DNA of 63,132 nucleotides, counting the filler, from Octopus bimaculoides (lineage: Eukaryota): the NCBI RefSeq assembly GCF_001194135.2. It is 7 parts of 7 records of this genome, joined end to end, with 100 filler letters (N's around TTAATTAATTAA, not from the genome) between each part and the next. Parts side by side here need not be neighbours in the genome. Positions count along the whole stretch, not along the records: positions 1 to 23,719 come from NC_068995.1; 6 more parts are not named here. One strand, given 5' to 3'. A program made the position numbers and the translations under genes. Positions 1-12,838 of this stretch are shown here, one piece after another; position 1 is the stretch's first letter, and every line of letters starts with the position of its first letter. Under the pieces are notes generated by a model that was given only the letters and a program-made list of their open reading frames with translations, was not told where the DNA came from and did no database searches.

Positions 1-25
1 TATATATATATATATATATATATAT

Positions 26-172
26 ATTCTTTTATTCTTTTACCTGTTTCAGTCACTCGATTGTGGCAATGCTGGAGCACCGCATTGAATGGTAAGCCTA
101 GTACATATTGTATTAGTTTCTTTTGCGAACCGTTAGATTATGGGGATGTAAACATACCAGCATCGGTTGTCA
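26..172 (-). mobile_element. SINE family B, 3' fragment
   Basis: Matches the 3' part of the full copies at 57832-58240 and 61866-62288 (tttcagtca...gctggagcaccgc). Confidence 0.8.
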
Positions 173-604
173 ATATATATATATATATATGTACAGAGCT
201 GGCAGCTTCGTGTGTTTCGTTTGATAAGTGCTAACACACATAACTCTCGAACCTTCAGTCACACTGTTGCTTCTGCTAATATTAATAAAAATATATTTAC
301 ACACATATACATGCGAACACACACAATCACACACAATCACATATATTCAAATTATCATCAACGCATACACATACACAGACGATGAGTGACACAATCTATG
401 AGCGTATGTGTGTATGTGTGTTCGTTGGAATACGTATACATACACGTATGAGAGCTCTGATGCATAGAAATCAATCTTAACACATACACACGCACGAACA
501 CACAGACGCACTTGCGCACACACCAACGCGCATACGCGCGCCAACGCACACAAGCACGCATGGTCATTAACCAACACATATACACACAAACATACATAGT
601 CATT

Positions 605-646
<42 letters not shown>

Positions 647-1016
647 NNNNNNNNNNNNNNNNNNNNNNNNNNNNNNNNNNNNNNNNNNNNNNNNNNNNNN
701 NNNNNNNNNNNNNNNNNNNNNNNNNNNNNNNNNNNNNNNNNNNNNNNNNNNNNNNNNNNNNNNNNNNNNNNNNNNNNNNNNNNNNNNNNNNNNNNNNNNN
801 NNNNNNNNNNNNNNNNNNNNNNNNNNNNNNNNNNNNNNNNNNNNNNNNNNNNNNNNNNNNNNNNNNNNNNNNNNNNNNNNNNNNNNNNNNNNNNNNNNNN
901 NNNNNNNNNNNNNNNNNNNNNNNNNNNNNNNNNNNNNNNNNNNNNNNNNNNNNNNNNNNNNNNNNNNNNNNNNNNNNNNNNNNNNNNNNNNNNNNNNNNN
1001 NNNNNNNNNNNNNNNN

Positions 1017-1070
<54 letters not shown>

Positions 1071-1564
1071 GTACACACGCATTTGAGCTCTTATAGGTAT
1101 ATATAAAAATCAATATCGACACATGTGTTTCTAGATATAACAGCAACAATAACAAGAAGAACACCCCCACCAACATTGCTACATCCCCGCTACCACCATC
1201 ACCACCCCCACTGCCACCATTGCCATCACTAACAACAACAACAACAACACTGAATAAGAACGTGCACCTGATCGCTCGCATTGCTAAAAATAACAACTAA
1301 ATACCGTTCAAACCTACAACCACTTGTCTTAAAAAAGTATTGTAATAGATTACAAAAAGACAGGATGGACACAGTTGGAATGCTTTTTGATAATGGATTA
1401 GCTCACTGATACTTGCCTATAGAGTTAATCAACAAAAAAGGGGTACTCAAAAACGGCTGCTCGATATGCTAGAAATAACAGCAAAATCACCATCAGATCA
1501 CACGCTGGAGTGTTAAAACAAAACGAAACGGAACGTGGATAATTTTCGTGATAGATCTGCCGTC

Positions 1565-1960
1565 AGTCCCGACAACGCGCATTCAGTTACTCGACCCACT
1601 CAGTTTTTACTCACGAAATTTACGGGCAAGTGGCTGAGTATTCCGTGACACATCATGGTGTCGCATCCGCACCCACCCTATTCGCCAGGTTCAGCACCCG
1701 TGGGGCGGACTACCCCTACTTCCGTCTCTTTCCCATGGTGAAAATGCAGCTCAAAAGTCGTCGTTTTAACAGCGTTGTCGAGATCAAGAGCGAATCGCGG
1801 AAGGTCGTCGACTCGCTTACAGAAAACGACTTCCAGGCCGGATTCCAAAAATGACAGGAACGTTGGGACCGGTGTATTGCTGCGCAAGATTGCTATCTTG
1901 AAGGAGATGAAGTTAAAACTTAGGTAAATAAGTTATCCTTCAAAGAATAGAAAGTTTTGA
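1565..1960 (+). mobile_element. Mariner transposase C-terminal relic
   Basis: DNA motif, HPHPPYSPGSAP (HPPYSPDLAP-like), FRLFPMVKMQLKSRRF...FQK*QERWDRCIAAQDCYLEGD; frameshifted. Confidence 0.85.
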
Positions 1961-2216
1961 ATGGTACAACAATGCACTATAATACAAAAAATGGACTGTA
2001 TACCTGTTGTAATTTAGTTATCTATAGTCCGATGATATTTCGGAATACAATTCCTTCTTCAGATCTTCTTAGCAGAGACTCCAGCAAAGAAGATCTGAAG
2101 AAGGAATTGTAATTCCAAAATATCATCAGACTATAGATAACCAAATTACAACAGGCACATAGTCCGTTTCTTGTTCTATAGTGCATTGTTGTACCATTCT
2201 ATACTTTTTATTCTTT
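1942..2216. repeat. ~275-bp imperfect palindrome, probably an inverted pair of Penelope-type terminal repeats
   Basis: Left arm ~1942-2069 is the reverse complement of right arm ~2088-2216 with scattered mismatches; short central loop. Confidence 0.85.
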
Positions 2217-2324
2217 ACAAACAATACACAATGCTTCAAGCGAACTACAATACTCTCCTAAGTTATCTTTTATCAAACATAACTAGTCCGGGAACCTTTT
2301 GACCCCACATCCTACATTAGATCA

Positions 2325-2486
2325 CATTACAAGCGTAGCTGGCGGTGGGGCTGTCCACACCGGGTGGTACTTTTAAAGGGGCGTCCTTTTTGGGTCTGTT
2401 GTAGGCAATATATGTATTTTGTGGGGGTCTGGTGACTGCAAACGGAAGGGCCGCCCCGGGGCGGCACACAGTCTTGCTGCGCTAGT
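2325..2486. mobile_element. Small GC-rich DNA-transposon relic (hAT-like MITE or Helitron 3' end)
   Basis: Ends aagcgtagc / gctgcgctagtg are TIR-like; perfect 16-bp palindrome 2450-2465 lies 16 nt before CTAG|T. Confidence 0.4.
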
Positions 2487-2764
2487 GGGTCTCATATGTG
2501 GTTGGGAGGAACAAGTAAAGTTTGTCCTGCCTAGAATTTGAACGCTGAACATAAAAAGTTGAAGCCAATCCTGTACGACGTTTATCCGAACACTTTAAAG
2601 CAGAGTCATACTTTATTTATTTATTTATTTATTTATTTATTTTGTGTAACTGTGTTATTTATATAAATTTTAACTCACCCGGTTACGTATTGTATACCTC
2701 TTTTCACCGTTCGCCTCGCCTTTGTATAACTTATCTCTCTCACCACACTTATTTGTAACATTCT

Positions 2765-3015
2765 GACACTCGTTCGTTACAACGACAAGGGTTCCAGTTT
2801 ATCCGATCCATGGAACAGCCTGCTTGTGAAATTAACGTGCATGTGGCTGAACACTCCACAGACACGTGTACACTTAAAGTACTTCTCAGCGAGATTCAGC
2901 GTGACACAGAGTGTGACAAAGCCGGCCCTTTGAAATACCGGCACAACTCATTTTTGCCAGCTGAGTGAACTGGAGCAACGTGAATAAAGTGTCTTGCTCA
3001 AGGATACAACGTGTC
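2765..3015 (-). mobile_element. SINE family A2 (CORE-like middle plus shared 3' module)
   Basis: 3' module shared with 44355-44740; middle cttgagcaagacactttattcacgttgctccagttcactcagctg shared with 41700-41790 and 59670-59730. Confidence 0.8.
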
Positions 3016-3141
3016 CTGATATTCTAATTTGACGTTTATTGCATGTTATTGTATTTCTTCAAGTCCGTCCTTGTAGTTGATAAAGCGAAGATTATTATTG
3101 TCAAAGGGCAACAAAGCGATGTGCTGGCGGAATCATTAAAG

Positions 3142-3240
3142 CAGTGGTTCTCAACCAGGGTCCATATAGCCCCTGAGGGCCCACGCAACAAAATAGTAAA
3201 GTGGAGATCTACAATAACAGTTTAAGGACGCATGAAAAAT
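3142..3240 (+). mobile_element. hAT/Charlie-like MITE end
   Basis: Starts CAGTGGTTCTCAACCAGGG, a typical hAT TIR; no partner TIR found. Confidence 0.35.
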
Positions 3241-3298
3241 TTAGCCCCATACCTTGTTTAAAAGATGACGCAGTTTGCACTACACGACCTCTTTCAAT

Positions 3299-3535
3299 AA
3301 GGCAGCGAGCTGGCAGAATCGTTACCACGCCGGGCGAAATGTTTAGCGGTATTTCGTCTGCCGTTACGTTCTGAGTTCAAATTCCGCCGAGGTCGACTTT
3401 GCCTTTCATCCTTTCGGGGTCGATAAATTAAGTACCAGTTGCGCACTGGGATCGATGTAATTGACTGAATCCCTTTGTCTGTCCTTGTTTGTCCCCTCTA
3501 TGTTTAGCCCCTTGTGGGCAATAAAGAAACAAGAC
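3299..3535 (+). mobile_element. SINE family D, near full length
   Basis: ggcagcgagctggcagaatcgtt...gagttcaaattccgccgaggtcgactttgcctttcatcc; further copies at 13720-13995, 16040-16300 and 56310-56525. Confidence 0.8.
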
Positions 3536-4249
3536 CTCTTTCAATAAAAGATATTTCACTTAATGTGTCTTCCGGGTCTGTTTCCAAATCTTCAAGGCCT
3601 TGTAACCTTAGCAAGACTCAAGTACGTTACTTGCTTCGTCTCACGCAACTCTATGATAAAATGGCGCCCATCTCGTTCACCGAACGGGCGCCAGCCATAT
3701 TTTATCCCTTTCAGCAAAATATTTCATATCAAAGATTTTCTTGTCCAAAAGTACACCTGCGATCGTTGGCGCTTTGTTTAAGTTTGCCACACTTTCCTTT
3801 AACAAAATATGTGCAAGTGTACTAGTATTGTTGTTGTTGCTACTGCTGCTACCGCTGCTGCTGCTGCTGTTGCTGTCATATGTGTTGTTTGTTATACTGT
3901 TTTTTTTTCGCCAGTGAAAATACTTTCCTATTTACAATCGTTTGTTTATGTATTCATTAATATTACTTTTACATTTTTTTTTTGGCAAATAATTTGCTTT
4001 GTTTAATGTAATTTCTTCCCGTATAACAGACGCCGTTATTGGCTTCGAGTTGAAATTAGACAGAAAAAATAAAAATGGAAATATTAAAAACAAAGAAGTA
4101 AGGCTGACTTCATTGGACGAAGCAGACAATCGAAAATATCCAATATTAGTCCCTGTTTGAAATAATATTCATGATGTAAATGAATTCTTACAGTTACATT
4201 CACATATTCTGCATCTCTGAATGATTGCAGCAGCGACAACAGAAGCAAA

Positions 4250-4409
4250 TGATAATTTTGAGGGGAGGGGCTAGTCGATACCATCGACTTCAGTACTTTA
4301 CTGATACTTTATTTAGTCAGTCGTTCATTTGAGACTCATCAATGGTATCGACCAAACCTCTACCCTTAAAATTGGTGGTCTTGTGATAACAGTAATAGTA
4401 ATAATAATA

Positions 4410-4489
<80 letters not shown>

Positions 4490-4648
4490 TAATGATAATA
4501 ATAATAATAATAATAATCCTTTCTACTAAAGGCACAAGGCCTTAAATTTGGGGGAGGGGACTAGTTGATCACATCGACCCCGTGTTCAACTAGTACTTAT
4601 TTTATTGATCTCAAAAGGGTGAAAGGCAAAGTCGACATCGGCGGAATT

Positions 4649-4650
<2 letters not shown>
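4250..4650 (-). mobile_element. SINE family D fragments interspersed with (AAT)n
   Basis: Reverse-complement matches to 3370-3470; (AAT)n at ~4400-4517. Confidence 0.7.
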
Positions 4651-4706
<56 letters not shown>

Positions 4707-4707
<1 letters not shown>

Positions 4708-4948
4708 TGTGCGAAAAGTGGGGGCTAGAGAGAGGCAAGACGTGGTACGAGCACAAACCGCAGAGAGTGGCAGAGTCGGACATTAGCAGACATTTCTACT
4801 GGATGAAATCTGAGAAATGTGGGTTTGCCAAGGCTGCTAAATGGTACGAGAAAAAGCCAGAAGGGGCGTTAGAAAATGACAAATTTAAGCTTTTGTGAGT
4901 CTTCACCATTCAGTGTGATAGAATGATTGAAGCAAAATGCCAGACATT
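4707..4948 (+). mobile_element. RLE-type (R4/Dong-like) LINE fragment, pre-endonuclease region
   Basis: LCEKWGLERGKTWYEHKP...WYEKKPEGALENDKFKLL*VFTIQCDRMIEA resembles WYEHKPEGVVENENYKILWDFNIQTD..IEARRPD; starts directly after (AAT)n; runs into a gap. Confidence 0.75.
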
Positions 4949-5508
4949 NNNNNNNNNNNNNNNNNNNNNNNNNNNNNNNNNNNNNNNNNNNNNNNNNNNN
5001 NNNNNNNNNNNNNNNNNNNNNNNNNNNNNNNNNNNNNNNNNNNNNNNNNNNNNNNNNNNNNNNNNNNNNNNNNNNNNNNNNNNNNNNNNNNNNNNNNNNN
5101 NNNNNNNNNNNNNNNNNNNNNNNNNNNNNNNNNNNNNNNNNNNNNNNNNNNNNNNNNNNNNNNNNNNNNNNNNNNNNNNNNNNNNNNNNNNNNNNNNNNN
5201 NNNNNNNNNNNNNNNNNNNNNNNNNNNNNNNNNNNNNNNNNNNNNNNNNNNNNNNNNNNNNNNNNNNNNNNNNNNNNNNNNNNNNNNNNNNNNNNNNNNN
5301 NNNNNNNNNNNNNNNNNNNNNNNNNNNNNNNNNNNNNNNNNNNNNNNNNNNNNNNNNNNNNNNNNNNNNNNNNNNNNNNNNNNNNNNNNNNNNNNNNNNN
5401 NNNNNNNNNNNNNNNNNNNNNNNNNNNNNNNNNNNNNNNNNNNNNNNNNNNNNNNNNNNNNNNNNNNNNNNNNNNNNNNNNNNNNNNNNNNNNNNNNNNN
5501 NNNNNNNT

Positions 5509-5818
5509 AACGTGCAAGTGGCTGAGCACTCCACAGACACGTGCACCCTTAACATAGTTCTCGGAGATATTCAGCGTGACACAGTGTGACAAGGCTGGCC
5601 CCTTTGAATTACAGGCACAACAGAAACAGGAAGTAAGAATGAGAGAAAGTTGTGGTGAAAGAGTACAGCAGGGTTCGCCACCATCCCCTGCCGGAGCCTC
5701 GTGGAGCTGTAGGTGTGTTCGCTCAATAAACACTCACAACACCCGGTCTGGGAATCGAAACCACGATCCTATGACCGCGAGTCCGCTGCCCTAACCACTG
5801 GGCCATTGCGCCTCCACA
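5509..5818 (-). mobile_element. SINE family A1
   Basis: Reverse complement of 44355-44670 including the tRNA-like head; 3' end lost in gap. Confidence 0.9.
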
Positions 5819-6415
5819 GGCACTTCTTGGTACTGCAAGGATTTTAATGAAAATCTTGTCTATGTGAAGCATATGAAAGGGAACAGTAATGAAACCCTTG
5901 TTAATTTGCTGTCGACTGCTCCCTAATTGAAATGTCCGGACCGTTTAATATATAAGTGTCCGAGATTTACAAAAACGAAACGATAATAAATTTATTTGGC
6001 ACAAAGAAAAATGCCATTGGTGATATCATGTTGATGCTGATGAATTTAGACAACAGATATATATCTTAATAACTGTCCGATTAGAAAACTAATATATTGA
6101 TATGTTCCTATAAGGTTGTTACACATAACCCTACAATATTTCTACATTTATATACACGATATTTATAAACAGACAATACGCAAACAAAATATATATTACC
6201 AACACAAAGGAGCTTCTTCGTGTTCACACGATCTACTAGAGATAGCAGTTAAACTCCCACACACTGCAATCTAATGTAAAAATAGAAGGGCACATTGAGT
6301 TGATGTAGCTTTACATATACTGTCTTAAATAGGCCTGGTCGATGAGAGCTGACTCAGGGTTAAATAACCTCTTAGCGCATACACACTTACACTTACTGTC
6401 TGTCTGTCTTTCTCG

Positions 6416-6460
<45 letters not shown>

Positions 6461-7419
6461 ATATATATATATATATATATNNNNNNNNNNNNNNNNNNNN
6501 NNNNNNNNNNNNNNNNNNNNNNNNNNNNNNNNNNNNNNNNNNNNNNNNNNNNNNNNNNNNNNNNNNNNNNNNNNNNNNNNNNNNNNNNNNNNNNNNNNNN
6601 NNNNNNNNNNNNNNNNNNNNNNNNNNNNNNNNNNNNNNNNNNNNNNNNNNNNNNNNNNNNNNNNNNNNNNNNNNNNNNNNNNNNNNNNNNNNNNNNNNNN
6701 NNNNNNNNNNNNNNNNNNNNNNNNNNNNNNNNNNNNNNNNNNNNNNNNNNNNNNNNNNNNNNNNNNNNNNNNNNNNNNNNNNNNNNNNNNNNNNNNNNNN
6801 NNNNNNNNNNNNNNNNNNNNNNNNNNNNNNNNNNNNNNNNNNNNNNNNNNNNNNNNNNNNNNNNNNNNNNNNNNNNNNNNNNNNNNNNNNNNNNNNNNNN
6901 NNNNNNNNNNNNNNNNNNNNNNNNNNNNNNNNNNNNNNNNNNNNNNNNNNNNNNNNNNNNNNNNNNNNNNNNNNNNNNNNNNNNNNNNNNNNNNNNNNNN
7001 NNNNNNNNNNNNNNNNNNNNNNNNNTATATATATATATATATATATGTATATATTAGTACGCACACACACATACACACACTCACACATTCGTATCTCTAA
7101 CGCACAGTTCTGCTGAAGCATGGAAGAAACTTTGAAAAAGGTAAGTTGATATATTTCTTTCTAAGATGACAGGCAAGCCATCTGTTAAAAGCGCAGCCGA
7201 AGCAGCGGAGCAGTCTCCAAGAATTCGTTGAACCATTGATAGAAATGCAATATTCAATGAGAATTACGACATCAAAAAATATTAGATCGCTGGATGTATA
7301 CAGAAACGATAAAAAAAGAAAGACATGTAACGTTTACCTGCTGAGACAGTTGCTACAGCCTGGTCTGAAACAAACGAATGAACTAACAATCATTTGCAAA
7401 AGATTATAACATTAAAGAT

Positions 7420-7731
<312 letters not shown>

Positions 7732-7901
7732 CACTCATTTTTTAAATATTTTTATGCACAATGCAAACGTGTATGTATATACATGCATTTACATATATGC
7801 ATACACACACATACATACATATATATATGTATATATATACATATATATACATGTACATGCACGTATACCTACCTACTTACACACACACACACGCGCACAC
7901 A

Positions 7902-7943
<42 letters not shown>

Positions 7944-8547
7944 TTTATTAATGAGGGTAAAAAAGATTAAAATTATATTACATACAAAAATAAGAGCAAT
8001 GACCAGCAAAAGTGGACTCCTATATGCTAGAAATAGATGCCGAATCATCTAACCACGAAAAAAAAAATGTTCTCAGTAAAAATTTAGCGACACAACACAC
8101 CGTAAAATGGCAAGACAAATGAAAAAATAGCAAATAAAAAAAACGATTAACCTACGTACCATGGTTTCACCTGTTAAAATTTACATAAGTAAATATCTGC
8201 AGGATCATCAGCGTAGTCTGTCGATTTAAATATAATTTTCAGAACTAGACACAAGACGTCCACCCGAAATGGAGCACGTGTAGAGTTCTACAAATTTTTT
8301 TTTTTTTCGTGGTNNNNNNNNNNNNNNNNNNNNNNNNNNNNNNNNNNNNNNNNNNNNNNNNNNNNNNNNNNNNNNNNNNNNNNNNNNNNNNNNNNNNNNN
8401 NNNNNNNNNNNNNNNNNNNNNNNNNNNNNNNNNNNNNNNNNNNNNNNNNNNNNNNNNNNNNNNNNNNNNNNNNNNNNNNNNNNNNNNNNNNNNNNNNNNN
8501 NNNNNNNNNNNNNNNNNNNNNNNNNNNNNNNNNNNNNNNNNNNNNNN

Positions 8548-8584
<37 letters not shown>

Positions 8585-8774
8585 GGGAGAATTCACAAAA
8601 AAAACAACAGACGAAGACAGGTGGTGTTGAAAACAAATAGATGTATTAGTATATATCGCTCGGGAATTGAGAAAGTCTTTAACGTTTCGAGCTTACGCTC
8701 TTCTACAGAAAAGAAAACACAGAAAGAAACAAGGCGAGAAACAAGGAGAGAAAAAATGTGTGTAATGATCAGCG

Positions 8775-8823
<49 letters not shown>

Positions 8824-9853
8824 GTCACTATGAGGATATTTAGCCCTCTTATAGGGATATTTTTTTTATCCAAAATAATATATTGTATTAATATATTGCA
8901 TTTTGGAGAGATATTTCTTTAATCAATATATTATATAAAATATAAAATATTTTTATTAGTTTAGAAAACGGAGAGATCCAATGGATACAAATTGATTAAT
9001 GAATGAATGAATTAATTAATTAACATCTTCACTAACAATTCTTTCATTTCGCATCCAATTTAAAGTACAAAACATNNNNNNNNNNNNNNNNNNNNNNNNN
9101 NNNNNNNNNNNNNNNNNNNNNNNNNNNNNNNNNNNNNNNNNNNNNNNNNNNNNNNNNNNNNNNNNNNNNNNNNNNNNNNNNNNNNNNNNNNNNNNNNNNN
9201 NNNNNNNNNNNNNNNNNNNNNNNNNNNNNNNNNNNNNNNNNNNNNNNNNNNNNNNNNNNNNNNNNNNNNNNNNNNNNNNNNNNNNNNNNNNNNNNNNNNN
9301 NNNNNNNNNNNNNNNNNNNNNNNNNNNNNNNNNNNNNNNNNNNNNNNNNNNNNNNNNNNNNNNNNNNNNNNNNNNNNNNNNNNNNNNNNNNNNNNNNNNN
9401 NNNNNNNNNNNNNNNNNNNNNNNNNNNNNNNNNNNNNNNNNNNNNNNNNNNNNNNNNNNNNNNNNNNNNNNNNNNNNNNNNNNNNNNNNNNNNNNNNNNN
9501 NNNNNNNNNNNNNNNNNNNNNNNNNNNNNNNNNNNNNNNNNNNNNNNNNNNNNNNNNNNNNNNNNNNNNNNNNNNNNNNNNNNNNNNNNNNNNNNNNNNN
9601 NNNNNNNNNNNNNNNNNNNNNNNNNNNNNNNNNNNNNNNNNNNNNNNNNNNNNNNNNNNNNNNNNNNNNNNNNNNNNNNNNNNNNNNNNNNNNNNNNNNN
9701 NNNNNNNNNNNNNNNNNNNNNNNNNNNNNNNNNNNNNNNNNNNNNNNNNNNNNNNNNNNNNNNNNNNNNNNNNNNNNNNNNNNNNNNNNNNNNNNNNNNN
9801 NNNNNNNNNCTATATGTATGCTTGTACGTATATGTATATTCTTAAGATTATAA

Positions 9854-9940
9854 ACCTGGAAAAGTACAGGACAAGTTATTACACCTGGAAAAGTATAGGA
9901 CAAGCTATTACACCTGGAAAAGTATAGGACAAGCTATTAC
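9854..9940 (+). repeat. 29-bp tandem repeat x3
   Basis: acctggaaaagta(c/t)aggacaag(t/c)tattac starting at 9854, 9883 and 9912. Confidence 0.95.
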
Positions 9941-9952
9941 TTCTAGTAAAGT

Positions 9953-10236
9953 AAAGAATAAGAAACTTTTTACTTACAAAAAATATTGCAGCTAAAATTA
10001 AAATTTGAACATTAAAACTTATTTTATTATAGTTTACAAATAACACTATACTTATTTAAGTAGAATTTGGCTAATTTACTACCTTAAATACAGAAAAAAG
10101 TGACTAATTAGACAAACTTACAAATTAGCTGAACAGTTTTGTACAATAAATTTAAAAGGTGAGAACCGTAAAGAGTGATAAATTAGAACTGGCATTCTTT
10201 GCTACAATATTTTAAGTAAGAAGTTTCTTATTCTTT
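9953..10236. mobile_element. AT-rich MITE-like element with ~40-bp imperfect TIRs
   Basis: aaagaataagaaactttttacttac...aatattgcagc versus gctacaatattttaagtaagaagtttcttattcttt. Confidence 0.6.
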
Positions 10237-10382
10237 GTCATGCAGTGGTTAGACTAACACACACACGTACACACACACACACGCACACACACACACACAC
10301 ACATGTACACACACACATGTACACACACACATGTACACACACACATGTACACACACACACTCATACACACGCACACACACAC

Positions 10383-10545
10383 ACACGCATACACACACAT
10401 ACGACAGGTCTCTTTTAGGTTCCGTCTACTAAATCCATTCACAAGGCCTTTGCTAGGCCGGAAACTATAGCAGAAAACACTTTCCGAAGGTGCCACGTAA
10501 TGAGACCGAACCAGGAGCCATGTGGTTCCGGATTCAGAATTATAT
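10383..10545 (-). mobile_element. SINE family B, 5' half
   Basis: Degenerate match to 62146-62280. Confidence 0.7.
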
Positions 10546-10690
10546 CCGTCACTTATGTTTTCCCGCATCCTACAATTGTTTATTTCTTTCTTAACCTTTC
10601 AACCACCATCTTAACTGAGACCAACACAGCTATTCATGCAATCGCGTACACACAATGGCGCAGCCATATACAGATACATAGAGACAAATA

Positions 10691-10785
<95 letters not shown>

Positions 10786-10907
10786 TATATGTATGTGTAT
10801 CTGTGTATACACATACATGCAAAAATCTAAATACATGCACATAAGCATATACACATACTTACATACACAAATATGCATACATATACACGCATAAACACAT
10901 ACATATT

Positions 10908-11008
10908 CTTTTATTCTTTTATTCTTTTATTTTTTTGCTTAAGTCATTTGACTGCGGCTATGCTGGAGCGCCGCCTTTAGTCGAACAAATCGACCCCAGG
11001 ACGTATTT
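10908..11008 (-). mobile_element. SINE family B, 3' fragment
   Basis: gtcatttgactgcggctatgctggagcgccgcctttagtcgaacaaatcgaccccagg. Confidence 0.8.
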
Positions 11009-11075
11009 TTTCTAACAATTCGCGTAAGAGTCCGACGGTCCCTATCTGAAAGTTTAGGTTTTAGCTGTGTGAATT
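11009..11075 (-). mobile_element. Tc1-type transposase N-terminal fragment
   Basis: KPKLSDRDRRTLTRIVRKN resembles the Tc1 GRKRKLSxRDRRxLxRIV motif. Confidence 0.55.
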
Positions 11076-11382
11076 GGTGCATTATCATTCTGAAAGACTG
11101 CGTTTCCCTCCGGAAACAGTTCCGCAGCCATAGGATGAATTTGATCAAATAAAATGCTTATATTATTAGAACGCGGGAGCCTGAGCTAACAACCACACTT
11201 ACGAGCGAAAACTCCTGTTAGATATAACAACCAAATTTCTCTCAAATCACACCAAAGAATTTAAAGTAGTAAGGACATATGGAAGCAACGTGGCTTTGTA
11301 TATAGAAACAAATATATATTATACACTCTTGGAGAAAACTGCATGAAGTGGGGGCGCTCATTGTTCTGAAATTTATTGCTTA

Positions 11383-11442
<60 letters not shown>

Positions 11443-11788
11443 CTGTTTATAGATATATTACTACGCATGTCTGCTAGTCTGCAAGACTGTTTGTCTTTTT
11501 CTCATTACCACACCACTCTCATTCTATCCTTCTCTCTGTCTGTCTGCTGTCCGTCTGTTCCCCTGTGTGTGTGTGTGTGTGAGTGTGTGTGTTTGTGTAT
11601 ATTATATATATGGATGTTTGCATATAAGTATATAAATTATATTTGAAATAATCTTCATTAACACACATACACACACACACACGCACACACATACACATGC
11701 GTGCATATATGAATATATATGTGCAATAGTGTGTGTGGGCGTATGTGTATGCAAAGCTAGATGAGCAAGAAAGACATATTTAAATATT

Positions 11789-11830
<42 letters not shown>

Positions 11831-11908
11831 CATACGTATATATATATATATATATATATATATNNNNNNNNNNNNNNNNNNNNNNNNNNNNNNNNNNNNN
11901 NNNNNNNN

Positions 11909-11948
<40 letters not shown>

Positions 11949-12364
11949 TGTATATGAGCGGGAGAGAGAGAATGTGAGATACTTTTTGTTTAAAAACCAT
12001 TGGAGCCGAATGCATCGAGGCAAAAATCAATATTTCTAGATCTTAACAAACTAACCTCTTTCATATTTATTGAGGAAGTTAAAATACACAAAGGAAGTTG
12101 CTTGAAAGCTGAAACACAGCTCTAATGTGAGTAATAGAATCGTGGTTAATATACCAATTACACTGTTGCTAATGAGAGTATTATGTGTGTGTGTGGTTGT
12201 ATGTATTGTGTTATATGTATGTGTACGTATGTACTGGATTGGTTGCTGTGACTGTATGTATCCATGTATACCTGTATGTATGTATGTATGTATGTATGTA
12301 TGTATGGATGGATGGATGGATTAATGGATGGAAGGATTAATGGATATATGTAAATATATATGTA

Positions 12365-12409
<45 letters not shown>

Positions 12410-12437
12410 TTGTGTATATTTATTCATGAATATTCAT

Positions 12438-12509
<72 letters not shown>

Positions 12510-12695
12510 GTGTGTGTGTGTGTATGTATATGTATGCATATATATATATAAATATGCGTACACATACATATAGATATGTATATACATACATACATATCTA
12601 TACATATGTGTGTGAATGTATATGTGTGTGTGTGTATGTATGCATATATATAAATGTGTACACATACATATATATATGTGTATACATACATACCT

Positions 12696-12726
<31 letters not shown>

Positions 12727-12747
12727 CATGTGTATGTGTGTGTATGT

Positions 12748-12838
<91 letters not shown>

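Noticed and set aside
4020-4260. Possible host exon in AT-rich unique sequence
   Set aside because: Short frames with stops, no recognisable domain, no convincing splice pair
6025-6050. CTGATGA motif
   Set aside because: Isolated heptamer with no supporting helices
9854-9940. CRISPR-like 29-bp repeats
   Set aside because: Head-to-tail with no spacers, no cas genes, eukaryotic context
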